A DNA stretch of 64,000 bases from Octopus bimaculoides. Its lineage: Eukaryota. The stretch is taken from positions 38,842,883 through 38,906,882 of the forward strand of contig NC_068988.1 in the NCBI RefSeq assembly GCF_001194135.2. Reading direction: 5' to 3'. The notes beneath the pieces were generated by a model that was given only the letters and a program-made list of their open reading frames with translations, did not search any database and had not been told where the DNA came from. The translations under genes and the position numbers were made by a program. This document shows positions 39,244 to 53,269 of the stretch, piece by piece. Every line of letters starts with the position of its first letter. Within the stretch, counting starts at the first letter, position 1.

Positions 39244-39610
39244 AAACATCATCATGAGGTAAGAAAACAGAAATCTAATGGATACTAATTAATTTATTAA
39301 TTAATCAACATATTCACCTACAATTGTTTCATTTCACAAACAAAACTAAAATTACAAAACAGAATGTATAGACACGTCTTTACATTCTGAGGATCCCAAA
39401 CGTTTCCTAATGGAATCCTTGTATTATCCTTTGTACACCCTGATGCGTTTCCGTATAAGTTATTTAAAATGCAAAATTACATATTTAAATATATTTTGTA
39501 ATATGAATATTGTTTGTGAAATGAAACAATTGTAGGTGATATGCTGATTAATTAATAAATTAATTTGCACCCATTAGATCTCTCTGGTTTCTAACCCGAT
39601 AATAATGTTT
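39244..39610. mobile_element. Foldback element with ~110-bp imperfect inverted arms
   Basis: aaacatcatc...cacctacaattgtttcatttcacaaacaa...attacaaaa pairs with ttttgtaat...ttgtttgtgaaatgaaacaattgtaggtga...aatgttt. Confidence 0.8.
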
Positions 39611-39733
39611 GATGTTTTACAATATTTTATGTAATATAGTCATTGAAGAAATATCTCTTCAAAATATGAAATATTAAACCAGTGTATCATGGATTAATAT
39701 ACCAATAAAAGGTTTAAATATCCTCATTGTGAC

Positions 39734-39781
<48 letters not shown>

Positions 39782-40275
39782 CTTTATCTTATGATATTTA
39801 CTTTGTATTATATTATACTNNNNNNNNNNNNNNNNNNNNNNNNNNNNNNNNNNNNNNNNNNNNNNNNNNNNNNNNNNNNNNNNNNNNNNNNNNNNNNNNN
39901 NNNNNNNNNNNNNNNNNNNNNNNNNNNNNNNNNNNNNNNNNNNNNNNNNNNNNNNNNNNNNNNNNNNNNNNNNNNNNNNNNNNNNNNNNNNNNNNNNNNN
40001 NNNNNNNNNNNNNNNNNNNNNNNNNNNNNNNNNNNNNNNNNNNNNNNNNNNNNNNNNNNNNNNNNNNNNNNNNNNNNNNNNNNNNNNNNNNNNNNNNNNN
40101 NNNNNNNNNNNNNNNNNNNNNNNNNNNNNNNNNNNNNNNNNNNNNNNNNNNNNNNNNNNNNNNNNNNNNNNNNNNNNNNNNNNNNNNNNNNNNNNNNNNN
40201 NNNNNNNNNNNNNNNNNNNNNNNNNNNNNNNNNNNNNNNNNNNNNNNNNNNNNNNNNNNNNNNNNNNNNNNNNNN

Positions 40276-40328
<53 letters not shown>

Positions 40329-41389
40329 TATATTTATTTTGCATTCATACAATACAAACCTATTTGTTTATAATTAGTTTAAAGATGTTTGGTGATGGGG
40401 ATATGTTTGTTGTTTTGGTTTTAGATAGTAATTTGTGAACAGTAGCATTGTTTCTTGTAGATTTCCAACAGTCGGCCAAAACATTAGTTCACTGCATTTT
40501 TGATTGTGAGGTAGACAAGTGAATGTTTTTAATTTTGTATACAGCATTCAAAGAGCACCATTGTTTTTTGTTGATTTGTGTGTGTGTGTGAGTCAATGTT
40601 TACATCCTTTACTGGTATATGATGGAGGGTGTAAAAATGTACATACAGACTTTTATAGATGTGTGTATGTGAGTTAATGTTTTATTTCCTTGCTGGCATG
40701 GGTTGGGCGAATTGTCACAATTCCATTCAGTTCATGTTCAAAATTAAAGCCATCCTGATGAGTTGGAGAACCACATCATTATTTTCGTGCATTCCATTTA
40801 AGGTTTACATGGTTTCTATTGCTGGATGGTCTATCAAATAACACCCATGCATTTATTAATCAATATGAGACTATTAGAGAAGACGTCAGCTCAAGTTCTG
40901 TGTTGAGAAATTGAATCCCGAAACTTAGGGTTTACAGTTCCTGAAGTGATCTTCTTGACCAAACTGCTGTACTTGTGCTGAGATTGGGCTTCACTCAGCA
41001 GATCTCTGAATAAATGCATTCCATCCTTGACCATCCCTCCTTTCCTTTTTTTTTCTTCGACTTAGAGAAGGACTGACTGCCATATCCAATGTGTTCTTCC
41101 TGTTTGTAGTGATAGTGGTGATGGTGATGAAGCTATTCAGCAGCTACTTCCTTCTATTTTAGTTGGTGCTTGACATTCATTTTGTGTGTGTGTGCATGTG
41201 GCATCTAATTGTCCTTCGGTTGGTGGTGGGGGACAATTGTTATTGTTTCTGAACTTAGCCCAACTATCTATGTCAATAACAAAGGTCTGACTTGCTTATG
41301 AAGTTAAAACTATTGTCACAACGCACTATTGTTATTGTTACCACCATCTTCATAACTATCAGCTGCATCACTACTCCTTGACACTTATT

Positions 41390-41615
41390 ACTACCACCAT
41401 CGGACCACCATCATCATCATCAACACCACCACCACCACCACCACCATTATTATCACCACCACCATCATCATCATCACCATCACCGTCATCACCACCTCCA
41501 CCACATCACCACCACCGTCATCACCACCTCCACCACCGTCATCACCACCTCCACCACATCACCACCACCATCACCATCATCACTACTATCAACATCCTCA
41601 CTGTCATCACCACCA
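41390..41615. repeat. (CAC/CAT)n trinucleotide low-complexity tract
   Basis: Directly visible. Confidence 0.9.
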
Positions 41616-42886
41616 TGGATATCATATAAGCAGAACCAGTTGAGTGTTGTGCAAAAATACATTGTAGTCAACTGTGTCTCTTCACATTTTGAGTTAGATT
41701 CCTGCTGTGCTGTCTTTGTATTTTTGCCCTTCTGGGGGTTCCTAAAATAAATAACCAATTTGCTATACTTCTCTATCTGTGGCTTTGGGCCAATCTGAGA
41801 AATCATCATCATCATCATTATCACCACCCCCTCCAATACCACCACCACTATATAACCACCGCCATCATCATTACCATCACCATCATGGTGATCGATTGGC
41901 AAAACTGTTAGAGCTTCGCACCAAATATTTTGTAAAATTTGCTTTGGCTTTTTATATTCTCAGTTTAAATTTTGCCTGGGTCAACCTTTTTATCTTTTGG
42001 AGGTTTCCCAAAGTAAGTATTAGTCAACTACTGCGGTCAATATAATCAGCTGTTCCTTCCCCAAACTTCTGTCCTTGCATCTATGCTAGAAACAATTACT
42101 ATCCCCCCCCCCACTAATTCTTTCAGGTTTGAAACTGTTTCCTTGTGCATAATTAAAACAAAGTCATTATATTTGCATCCATATATTTAATGCAGGGAGC
42201 ATTATTGTATTCTTGTACTAGCAGGCCCATTATGCAGGATCCTATTTCAGTTTCTTTGGTGACTGAGAATAGAAGGCACTTCTTCAGAATGAGTTGCCAC
42301 AGGCTTAACCCTTAAGTATCACTGGTACTCATTTTCAGCTGAGTGGATTAAAGTGACATGAAATGAAGAGTTTTGCTCAAAGACACAATGTGTCATCTGG
42401 CCTGGGAATTGAACCCATGACTTTTCCATGTAACTTTTGTCTTTGCATTATTAATTCTCTAAGCTAAATTATACAGATAACCAGTGATGTGTTGCGTTTA
42501 TTTTTAAGCTTAACATTTCAGGCTTGGTTAAACTTTATTTGATTAGCTTTCCATCTTTAATAAAAATTGGCAAAAACTTTTATGGCATTTTAGCTTAGCC
42601 TCGACATGGTTAGATACAGCCCAGTGTTTCTGCCTGTTTGGTAAGAATCAGGTCTTATTTCTATCTATAGCTGGGTAGTTTATCTATACTTGGATTTGAG
42701 ACCTTGAATTTTAACTTCAGTAATTTTCCAACTCAGTATTTGAAGCCACTTAACACTTTAGCTCAGAGCAGTTGATGGCAGAATCTTAGATGTCAGACAT
42801 AAATGTCTTTTGGTGTTTATTCTAGCTTTTTACATTTCCCTCTCACTGAAATAAAGTGCCAATACTAGTCATATACTGGACTTGAT

Positions 42887-43110
42887 TTAACACTTTTGAT
42901 ACAAATCTGCCTGTGACTGCCCCTTGTTCTGTGTTATAAACTTCTTGTTTTTAAGTGATCTAAATTAAAACGTTATCGAAAATATATTGTTAATTTCTTC
43001 CAGACACCATCTTAATAACGACAAAGTTATTTTGCTAAATTCATCATTATTTTAAGCACCATTTAAAACAAAGGCATTGTATGTCTTCAGAAATATAACA
43101 AAAGGATTGA
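42887..43110 (+). mobile_element. TTAA-ended MITE, family 2 (uninterrupted, decayed)
   Basis: ttaacacttttgatac...aacaaaaggattga; homologous to 7415-7846 and 53266-53450. Confidence 0.65.
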
Positions 43111-43874
43111 CTGCTGGAGCTAGAGTTCTGAAGGAAATCAGAAGTTGCTTTGGTGCCAAGCTGCATTGGAGCATGCCCTTCCCTTCAACATCAGCAGCAG
43201 CAGCATCGAGACTGAAGAATATTTGGTTACATACCTACAAACACTTCAACTCACCCATTATTTTTGTTTTGAAATCCGGTGTCTAGTATTTAATTAATTA
43301 AACTTTTCTTTTAATTATCTGAAGTTTCTGCCATATTTAACTATGTACGGCACTTAGTTGATTAATCTTGGGTCAGTGGCAAAGTTTGAAATATTGATTA
43401 AACGTTGGTAAAATTTCAAACTCCACTACTGTAAACTATTGAAGCCTGAAGATCAATCAGCCATTACCATATCATTCTTTCTTCTATTTTATTTCTTTTT
43501 CTTTTAGTTTAATTAAGCCTTTTATTACTGTATTTCTAATAAGTAGACTTAAGTGTTTCACTTAGTTTCCTTTGAAATCAAGATTTCAGAAGATTTTTAA
43601 TAAAATATAACTTTGTACACTAGTGGTTGTTTTTTGTTGTTTAACCCTATGTTAGTCCTCATAGAGCAGAAACAATGATCAGATGTTCAAGCCTTAACTA
43701 ACCCATTTATTTTACTCTCTCAAAGATACTGTACTTGTGACTATATTATCCAATGCATTCTTCCTGTTTAGAGACAGTAGGGTGTCAATTGAAGGAAATT
43801 TTGCAGCTATTTCTAGCAATCTGAGCATCTGTATAGAGGGTCTTTAACTGCTTCATTTATATAATTTACTTTTT

Positions 43875-44250
43875 TATCATTTACTTGTTTCAGTCATTGG
43901 ACTGTGTCCATGCTGGGGCACCACCTTGAAGAATATATAGTTGAACAGGTCAACCCCAATATATTTTCTTTTAGTAAGTCTGGTACTTACTTATTCTGTT
44001 GGGCTCTTGCTAGACTGCCAAGTTTGGGGGATGTAAACAAACCAACACTGGTTATCATGTAATAGTGGATACACACAACTATATTTGTATGACAGGCATC
44101 TACAGTTTCCATCTACCAAATTCAATTACATTATATTGGTCAATCTGGAGCTATAGTAGAAGACACTTGCCCAAGGTGCCATGCAGTGAGACTGAACCCA
44201 AAACCATGTGGTTGTAAAGTGAGCTTCTTCACCACACAGCCGTGTCCATA
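43875..44250 (-). mobile_element. CORE-like tRNA-derived SINE
   Basis: Reverse complement of 53689-54085. Confidence 0.8.
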
Positions 44251-44470
44251 CCTATAAAGCCATGCCTGTTGGTTCTATTTTGAATCTCACTGTATCATTT
44301 ATATTTCAATGAAATTTTGATCAGGATTTTAATTTCCAGATGACCTTTTTGTTATGGTAAATCTGTAGAATCTGGGTAGGAGGGGGGAAAGGGGGTAATA
44401 GCAATGGTCTACATCAATGCAAATAAGTGAGTACAAATAGTTTAAACTGTGGAATGAATTTTATCATGGG

Positions 44471-44614
44471 CACTAGTGTAGCTAGAGTGTGTGCTACCCA
44501 AGGCAGCCCTTCATTTTTTTGCCCCTGGGCCCCCCACAAAAAATACATATTGCCTAAAGCAGACCCAAAAGTGGTGCCGCCTGGGGTGGATCATCCCATC
44601 TAGCTACACTAGTG
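44471..44614. mobile_element. Short MITE with 16-bp perfect TIRs
   Basis: cactagtgtagctaga ... tctagctacactagtg; GC-rich interior. Confidence 0.75.
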
Positions 44615-45345
44615 ATCATAGGAGGAAGAAGAGAGAAGTCTAGTGTTTTGGGCAGAACATTTTATCGGAAGAGTGCTCAACATGTCGGGCAGAGGTCCTT
44701 TGTCACTCAAGAAGGAAAACAATAATAATAAATAGAGAGAGAAAAAGGAAAGGAAGTTTCATAGAAGCAACGCTACAGGGTAAGCCATACTGTAAGAGAA
44801 GTTGGTAGACTGGTATGTGATCATTTTGCTGGTATACTTTACTTTTTAACCTGTTATTCCTTTAATTGCAATGCATCATCCTCTTTAGTCTGCATTTCCA
44901 TGCAAGCATCAGTTAGATGGGTTTTAGACTTATTGCCCTTATCAATAGGTTAAAAACCAAGTCTTATTCATACAAATATATTAAGAATTTGTGCAATATG
45001 TAAACTGCTTTTGTTTTGACATTTCTGTTTTTTTCTCTTTTTCTCTCTCTCTCCATTATGTTTACGGATTGGTTTTGAAAGATTCTTGATGTGAAACCAT
45101 GTGTTGAAACAGATATTGTTACATTTCGGGATGGTCTTTTTTTTTTTCTCTCTTTTTCCTCTTCCAAGTACGCTACACATGCACTATATATTCCTTCATC
45201 ACTCATTTATTATTGTTCTTATTTTATTTTATGTCCATTCTCTGGAAATTTTTTGTCACACATCTGTGACCTCTTCAGCAGCCCTTTTCCATTTATGTGT
45301 ATCCTTTTGCTCCGCCTAGTCCATCATGGGCGATTATATAGTGCG

Positions 45346-45668
45346 CAGTTCCACTGTGTGGAACCTTGGGCAAGTGTCTTCTACTATAGCCTCGGGCCAA
45401 CCAAAGCCTTGTGAGTGGATTTGGTTGATGGAAACTGAAAGAAGCCCGTTGTATATATGTTTGTGTGTGTGTGTCTGAGTTTGTCCCCTCACCATCCCTT
45501 GACAACCAATGTTAGTGTGTTTACGTCCCTGTAACTTAGCAGTTCGGCAAAATAGACCCATAGAATAAGTATTAGGCTTAATAAAAATGAGTCCTGGGGT
45601 TGATTTCAACTAAAGGCAGTGCTCCAGCATGGCCACAGTTAAACAACTGAAACAAGTAAAAGAATAAA
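45346..45668 (+). mobile_element. CORE-like tRNA-derived SINE (5' truncated)
   Basis: ccttgggcaagtgtcttctactatagcctcgggccaaccaaagccttgtgagtggatttgg...ctgaaacaagtaaaagaata. Confidence 0.85.
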
Positions 45669-48600
45669 AAATTAATCCCAAAATATAACAATATTCTTTC
45701 TCTTCATTATACTGTTAAGGTATTAAGCATGTAATTTTGAAGAAAACCTCCAGACAGATTTTTCTGTATCATAAAGAAAATCAGATTCAAGGTGAAGGGA
45801 CGCTAAAACACTTTGTTTTTTTCTTTTGTCTTCAGTTAATTTTTGTTGATGTAGGCATTTATCAGTCTCCTCAGATTTCAGACAACTATTATTGTTTGGT
45901 TCACTTAAGCTCTGATTGAACTGATGTATATGATAGGGCGTCCCGTCTGCAAATGTGCAGTTGTTTTATTTAACTGATGGAATTTGGCTACACTTTCCAG
46001 AAGGGCAAGTGACCACGTGAAAGCAGTTTTCTTTGTTGGTTTAACTAAAATAATAATTCATTCTTAATCGTTGGTGTGATGTCTGTCAGCACTGGTACGT
46101 ACTTGCTTCTGATGTGTAATGTATGAAAAGAGAGTGGACTGGAAGGAATGTCAAAGGTTATTTATCTTGATGCGGTCATTCCTTGACGGATGATTAATGA
46201 TACGCAATAGAAACATCTGAATTATTAGTTGATAATGATGCACCTGTTTTAGCTATTCTTAAAACACTCTACCAAAAATCAATATTTCCTACTATTTTCT
46301 GTTTTTGGAAGACTTGACAAGTTTTATTAATAATTTCAGTTTATGGTTGACTTAACTGATATAATTCAATAACTTCTGTAATCAATGAACAAAACTGAAG
46401 TCTTTCTAATTAAAGTTTCACTCTGAGTGCTGTTTCTATATTCAGAAAGTAAGAGATGTAATAAATTATCTTAATAGTGAAATGTTTAGACGTGTTGGTA
46501 TGTTGTCTCTTGTATTTTGCTCAGCTCTGCCTTACTTTCTCTCATGTTTGGCAAGTATTCTCCTTTGCTGTTATTTTCTTTCATTGAAGACATTATACGG
46601 TGTTTAGTTTTTTTTTTTCTTTTCTTTTTTTCTGGCTTTTTCTGATTAAAAGTGTGCAAAATGAAACATTGAGTTCATATAAACTTGGAAATTTCAAAAT
46701 GATTTTGGCACCCTATTCTGTAAAGGTTATAAATTGGCATAGAATTTTAATGTTAAAAATACTCTAAATTTAGTCGGCCATCACAATGAAGTAATGAATT
46801 CTATACCACCACCTTTTGAAGAAATTCTTTCATGTAAAGTCTAATTGCTATTATGTACACACACACAATTTAAAAGGAACCTTCATTTCCCTCCAACCAA
46901 TATTTTCAACTACTTCTGTGGGAGAGAAAAAAGAAAAAAAACTCTATTCAAGTAATTGGCAGATATTCAGTCACTAACCTATCATTGATTTACATACTCG
47001 CACTTGTGATTTTTTTTATTTATTAGTGCAGTGGTGTTTTTCACTTTCTCAGGTTTTTTTTATACAGATATTTTTCTTCTTCTCCAGAATAATCTCAAAT
47101 CGATGCTCAATAAAAGAATTTGACAAGATAACAAATTTCATGTAGACTTATACTTCCTGTTTCTAAGAGTTTAATTATTTAAATTTGACTGTAAGAAATT
47201 ACCAAAGCAAGTATTCTAGCTCTGGAGTGAAAAACCAAATGTTGAACTGGTTGTGGTGATGGTGGTCATGGTTTCGGGAGAGTGTGTTTTTATACTGTCT
47301 CCCTCTAAAAAAGGTTTAATAGAATTTCCATCAAGCATAGCTGTGTAGATAATAAGTTCACCTCCCAATCATATGGTTTCAGGTTCTATCCCTCTGCACA
47401 ACACTTAAGACACATATTCTTTTCTGGCCACAGGTTACTTGGCAGCCTGACCAGCTCTAGCAGCACGAAAAAAGCACTTGATACACACTGCAAGGTGGTT
47501 GGTATTAAGAAAAGCATACTGCTGTAGAAACCAAAACTGACATGTAGCAAAATGCAGCCCACTGGATCCTGTTAAACTGTCCGACTTATATTATCGTGTA
47601 AAATGTACATTAAATGATGATTATGATGATGATGGTATTAATCAATGCCTTGTGAGTGACATCTAGTGGATGTAATTTATACAAAAGCTTGCTTGTTTTT
47701 GTGTGTATTTTGTTTTACTGGTGTAAACTTGTACCAAGTTGCTTCCCATTATGTTGCAAATCTATTTGATAAATATTGGTGAAATACAATAGGTGAATAT
47801 ATGTTTTTAGAAAAATTCCACCATGATGGTGCCCCAACATAGCTGTAATCCTGTGACTGAATGAAATAAAATGAATAAATAAGTATTACAATTACTATAT
47901 ATTGCCCCCATTTCTCTCTCTCTCCCCCATCCAAGGAAGTTTCAGTTTGTTGCTGACCTATGTTAAGTCAAACTGAAGAATACAATATTTTTAATGACTT
48001 GGACAAAGGTAAAAGGTAATGACCACAAACTTTTTTCATTGTTTTTGAGGCTAGTGAAAGCGAGGGAGGCAGTTGTCCTCACACTGGGGCTTCTTTGCTT
48101 AAAACAGAGAGCACATTTGGTTAAAGGCACACAATTAGCTGGTGGTGCTGTTAACCCAGGCCATGGTTTAAGACAACTACCCAAGAACAAAGACAATCTC
48201 TCTCTTTCTGGCCAGTTTCCACCCTGCTTCTGTTTACCAGCATTCACTTAGGGTCTAGGTTGACCAAGGTACTGCATACTGGAACTGAACCAAAAATTAC
48301 TATGGCAAACTTGAACTCACTATTGCAAAGTAAACTTAATTCCCAACCATTCTGGGAGTAAAATAAGGAATCCTTGTAATCTAGCTTGGCCATACCATCT
48401 TATTTTAAGACTTTCTATTATGTAGTCCTATATATTCTGTGTCCATTCTTTTTCTTAAGACTATATGATTTGAAGAAGCTTTGGCTGCTATTTCGTGCAG
48501 GCTGAGCAACTAGTCAGAGACTCCCAAATAACCCACTTAGATTTGAACTCTTGTAATCAAAGAAGAAAAGGAAGACATAAGCAATAAAGCAAATAGCTGT

Positions 48601-48832
48601 GTTAGTTATTTGTTGAATTGTTCTGACTGGGATATGTAATATTGCCTGGTCACTAGTTGGGATTGAACTGCGGTCGCTTTGGTTCACTCATCTAGCACCT
48701 TATGCTCTGCGGTTGTTGATTAGTCAAGAATATGTGTGGTATGTCATAGTAATAGTAGCTGGAGCTTTATCAGTAGTAGTAGTAGTAGTAGCTTCCTTAT
48801 CTATTTTATTTGAAATTAGTACTGTGTATGTA

Positions 48833-48865
<33 letters not shown>

Positions 48866-49565
48866 TTGCTTGTGTCTTCTCTTTCTATCTGTATGTGCGA
48901 CCTTTTCATTAGGTAATTGATATATCTCTTCTCATGAATGTAGAATTAACCACACAAGCATATTGTCTGGTTTGCAACACATTGCATCATCTAAGTAATG
49001 TTACGTTTCTATTTGTTTTTTCTTTTTTATCTATCTATATTTTTTATGCAGTTAGCTTCTGCTAGAATTATCATGATTTATGTTTCTGCTTTTGTAATTT
49101 GTCCTTGTCATGTCCCCTCATCCATTGCTTCTCTGGCAGCTAAAAGAAGCCATTATTATTATTATTATTTACATTTCTTTGCATAATTCTACATTTCATT
49201 CATCAGTCATGTTAGTAATTAAATTAAATACTTTCTATCTGTTATGGCTGAGTACATGCCATAACAACACACCTTAGATTTTTATCTGACCAGCACTGTA
49301 TCATTGTCAAACTCAGCATGTGGTTGTGTGTCTGTGCCAGCTGAAATATTTGGTGAGATGGTTGTTTTGCTTCCATTTGTTTAACAGAGTTTGTTTTTTA
49401 CAGTTTAGCTTCTACTTCGGTTGCAAAATTTCTTTCCTGTCATGTTTAGGGTCATTCTGTTAACCATTTGTTTCTTTGAGGACCGAAGTCAGTTTGGTTT
49501 AACTGCTGTTATTAATAAACAATGTAAAAGGTTTCTGCCTTCTAAATGATCTGAAGCAGTGGCAG

Positions 49566-49611
<46 letters not shown>

Positions 49612-49622
49612 GATGGATATCA

Positions 49623-49669
<47 letters not shown>

Positions 49670-50503
49670 TATAGATAGATGTACAGCTAGATTGTTAGAT
49701 GGGTATAGGTACAGGTGTGGCTATGTGGTCAAGTAGTTTCTCTATCATATGGTTTGAGGTTCAGCCCCACTGCATGGCAACTTGAGCACATATTATCTAC
49801 AGCTCTGTGGTGACCAAAGCCTTGTGAGTAGACTTCATAGAAAGGAAGTGAAAGAATCCTCTGTGTGTGTGTGTATGTATGTGTGTGTGAGTGTATATAT
49901 TTGTGGCTCCTTGTCTTGGTATGGCCTGATAATTGCGTTGTGTTGTGTTATTCATTTTAAATGGCAACAGGGAAATATTACTTTGCTTGGAAACAAGTGA
50001 AGGTTCACGATGAAAAGGGAATTCAGCTGTAGAAAATGTACCTCAATAGGCTCAAGTCTGCCTCATGTGAATGGGAAAATGTGGATAGTAAAGCAACGAT
50101 AATGATGATCGTGGTAGTGTATGTATATCATAGTGACAAAGATAAAGATCTTGTACATTTAAATGAACCTGGACAAATTCCTCTGAGCAATACCTTAGTG
50201 TGTATGCGTGTGTCTAATAAATGTATAGTAAAAAATTGCACCGAAGGACAACAAAAGAACACACTGTAAAAACACAAAGACATGGACCTGCTCATCTCCA
50301 TTCAGTTATTAACCAAAAATCTTCATAATTTCATGCCATTATCAATATGATTATTCAGTGTGGTGGTGTCATCAGCAAAACATTGCTAGAGTAAGTGAAA
50401 GGACATAAAGGAGTGTGATAAAACACAAACAAATGGTAAACAACAAAATAAGGACACAATATAATGGAAAACGACACTGGACACCATCATATATATGAAT
50501 ATA

Positions 50504-50542
<39 letters not shown>

Positions 50543-50574
50543 GCCTTTCGGCTGAGATAGCATCATATTGCATG

Positions 50575-50880
50575 TTTCACCATCATTGTTTAATGTCCAT
50601 CTTCCATGCATGCATGGGTAGGAGCTGACCAGGTAGAAGACGACCCTAGGCTACTGTGTCTGTTTTGGTAGGGGTTTTATGGCTGGATGCCCTTCCTAAC
50701 ACAAACCACTTTGCAGAGTGGACTCAGTGCTTTTTATGTGGCCCTAGCACAGGTGAGGTTAGCTTTGGCATGATTTTTACAGTTAGATGCCCTTCCAAAT
50801 GCCAACCACTTTACAGTGTGGACTGGATGCTTTTTTATGTAGCACTAATTCTGGCATGGTCACCAAGTAAGTTGCAAGAC
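50575..50880 (-). mobile_element. RTE-tail repeat fragment with an internal duplication
   Basis: catcattgtttaatgtccat...ggatgcccttcc...aaccact occurs twice; related copies at 13534-13680, 27215-27600, 47470-47630, 56725-56930 and 62790-62980. Confidence 0.7.
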
Positions 50881-52060
50881 AAGGAATTTTGAGAGGGGCA
50901 GGGAAATTTGAGGGGGGAAGTTGTTTTTTAGTTTACAAAAAGTGAAAGGATTCCACATACAAAGTTTATATTTGATGCTTGATTGTGATAAACTGAAGTG
51001 TAAAATTTTGTATTTTCTTAATTTTTACAAGAGAGTATATTTAAAATTGTGTTCAATTAGAAACCTTAAGGTTCATCTTATCAATATCAGTCATTGACCA
51101 TAATTATACACAGACACACACACACTGATAAATGGTTTAAAAAGTTTACTTCATCATCATGAGAGTCTGACTTGAATGATATTTTGGGTAATGCATTTTA
51201 CCACAGTATCAGGTTGACTGAATTTTTGTGAATGAAATTAGATAGAAAGTAATTTTTGTGGAAGCCATTGGATGGGTTGTGACTGTAATTCAGGCATCCA
51301 GCCTTGTCACATGCTATGTCATCTTGATTCAGCCTTAGGATTACATGGAGAGCACTCTGTTAGGGTTGATCATGGTTATCTTTGTCTGAAATTTCAGATC
51401 TTTCTATGTTGTAGAGCACGCTTATGTAACCCTTGTTGTCTGGTATGCCATGGCACACTGGTGTGCCATGAGATGATGCTAGGTGTGCCACAGTGTAAGC
51501 TGAATATAATTTTTCCCTTATACTTTTAGTTATAGTTTTAGTTCAGGTGTGTCATCTAATTTTGAAAAGAATATAAGTGCACTGCAAGTGAAGAGAGGTT
51601 GTAGAGAACTGGAAGACTCATCATTAAAGCCAGTGATGGCATTTAGTTACTTTTATACTTACTCCATATCATACTGTTTGTATATGATTGCCTGTTGGAT
51701 TCAAAATGTTGGGGTTTCCCTATAACTGACAGATTATTGTTTACTACTCCTCATCAATCATTCCTGATGATCAAAATCATTATAACCGTTACCATCCTGT
51801 ATTTTTTTTTTATTCAGGTTTTGTGTCATACTATTTAATGTGCCTTTCTCTCTTAAGACAATAGGTATAATTTCAAAGAGATTTTGCTATTATTTCTAGC
51901 AGGTCATGATCTGTAATTTGGTAGCCCAGTGCTCAGGTCATTTGTTTAAATCTTCTTAAAGATTTAAACAATTTAAATCTTCTGTAAGATTAGTGTTAAA
52001 TGTTTTCTGTTATGGAAAGTTAACTGTAAAAACCTTAACCTTTTCATCTGGAAATGTTTC

Positions 52061-52276
52061 ATTAAGCCTTTGCCTTTTTAAAGCATTTTCATTAGTTGGC
52101 CCTACATGTTGTTTGTTGTTAGCCCTTGTTTCACACATTCTAAGAAAACTTTTCCTTTCATAAGTCTCAAGATATTCTAGAAGTTGAAAAAAAATGGGGA
52201 TGTGTATCATATACGTAGATACAGGGAAATATGTTCTGTATATTGCATATGACACTGAGTACAGGCAAAGGGTTAA
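52061..52276. mobile_element. TTAA-ended MITE, family 3
   Basis: ttaagcctttgcct ... caggcaaagggttaa TIRs; the right end is homologous to 56990-57047. Confidence 0.6.
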
Positions 52277-53044
52277 AACTGTACATATTGATTTTAGTCT
52301 TTTAGGTTCTACTTCCGCTCTCTTTCTCACCCTCTTCCTTGCTCCCCACCTCTCTCTGTCTCTTTTAAATACCTTTTTGTTTATGCCACTGTGTAGTGTA
52401 TGCAAATGGAATTTTTCTTGGTGGCCTGAGCTTACAGTGTAGTTTCAGTTTATGATCACTGCTACTTCACTTTGTTTTCCTTCCTCCGGTTATGCTCTCC
52501 ATAAAATCTTTTCATATCTCAACACTTCACAAGTCAATAATGCTAATCACACTTTAATGGATATCTCTATGTTTTATGAACAAAATTAATAAAGGAAATC
52601 AAACAATTGACTTGTCTTTCTCACACTTGTAAGATGGAAAATAAAATAATGATTTGATTTATTATTGTTTGATTGATTTCTTTAATTCAGGATAAAAAAC
52701 AACAACAAAAAAAATATAATAAATCAAGTTCAGAATTATTCAGAAATCTTATAATGGTTAAAATCAACCTTAAATGAAAAAAGAAATATAATATATATGA
52801 ATTACAAAATAAAAGAACAAATAAAATGCAAAAAAAAAAATTAAAAAATAAATAAATAAATAAACGGAATAAAGAAAGAATTAAAATTTTTAGAAGTCAC
52901 ATTGGGAAAATGTTTTAACCCATTAAACTGTCACTAACTCTAATCTGTCAAATTGAATCCTTTTGAATTCAAAAGACAAGGTTGATTATCATTGCTGCAT
53001 CCAAACTGAACTTTATTTATTTATTTATTTTTTTTTTTGTCAGC

Positions 53045-53269
53045 TTAACCCTTTAGCATCTTAACCAGTTATACCTGACCCTAATATTCTATCTACTTTA
53101 TGTTCAAACTAGCCACATCTGGCCTCTCACAGCTACCCTACAAATGCCATTCTAAAAACAATCACTTCATTGAAATCTGAAAGCTATGAGACAATGCATA
53201 ATCAATTTAAAACAATGTAAATAAATAAGCATTAGATTTAACAGAGTAATCCTTATGCTAACGAGTTAA
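53045..53269 (+). mobile_element. TTAA-ended MITE, family 1, abutting a family-2 MITE
   Basis: ttaaccctttagcatc...gctaacgagttaa; shares its TTAA with 53266-53450. Confidence 0.85.

Noticed and set aside
38979-40438. Multiple long ORFs (also 11035-11724, 17600-18001, 26228-26837, 33234-33848, 61056-61634)
   Set aside because: They are translations of microsatellites, low-complexity tracts and N gaps.
46075-46122. C/D-box snoRNA-like GTGATGT...CTGA
   Set aside because: Too short (~40 nt), imperfect C box, no terminal stem.
52010-52405. 131-aa minus ORF whose distal part (EYLETYERKSFLRMCETR...NETFPDEK) looked like an exon with a good acceptor
   Set aside because: Most of the exon-like part lies inside a TTAA MITE (52061-52276) whose end is repeated at ~57000.
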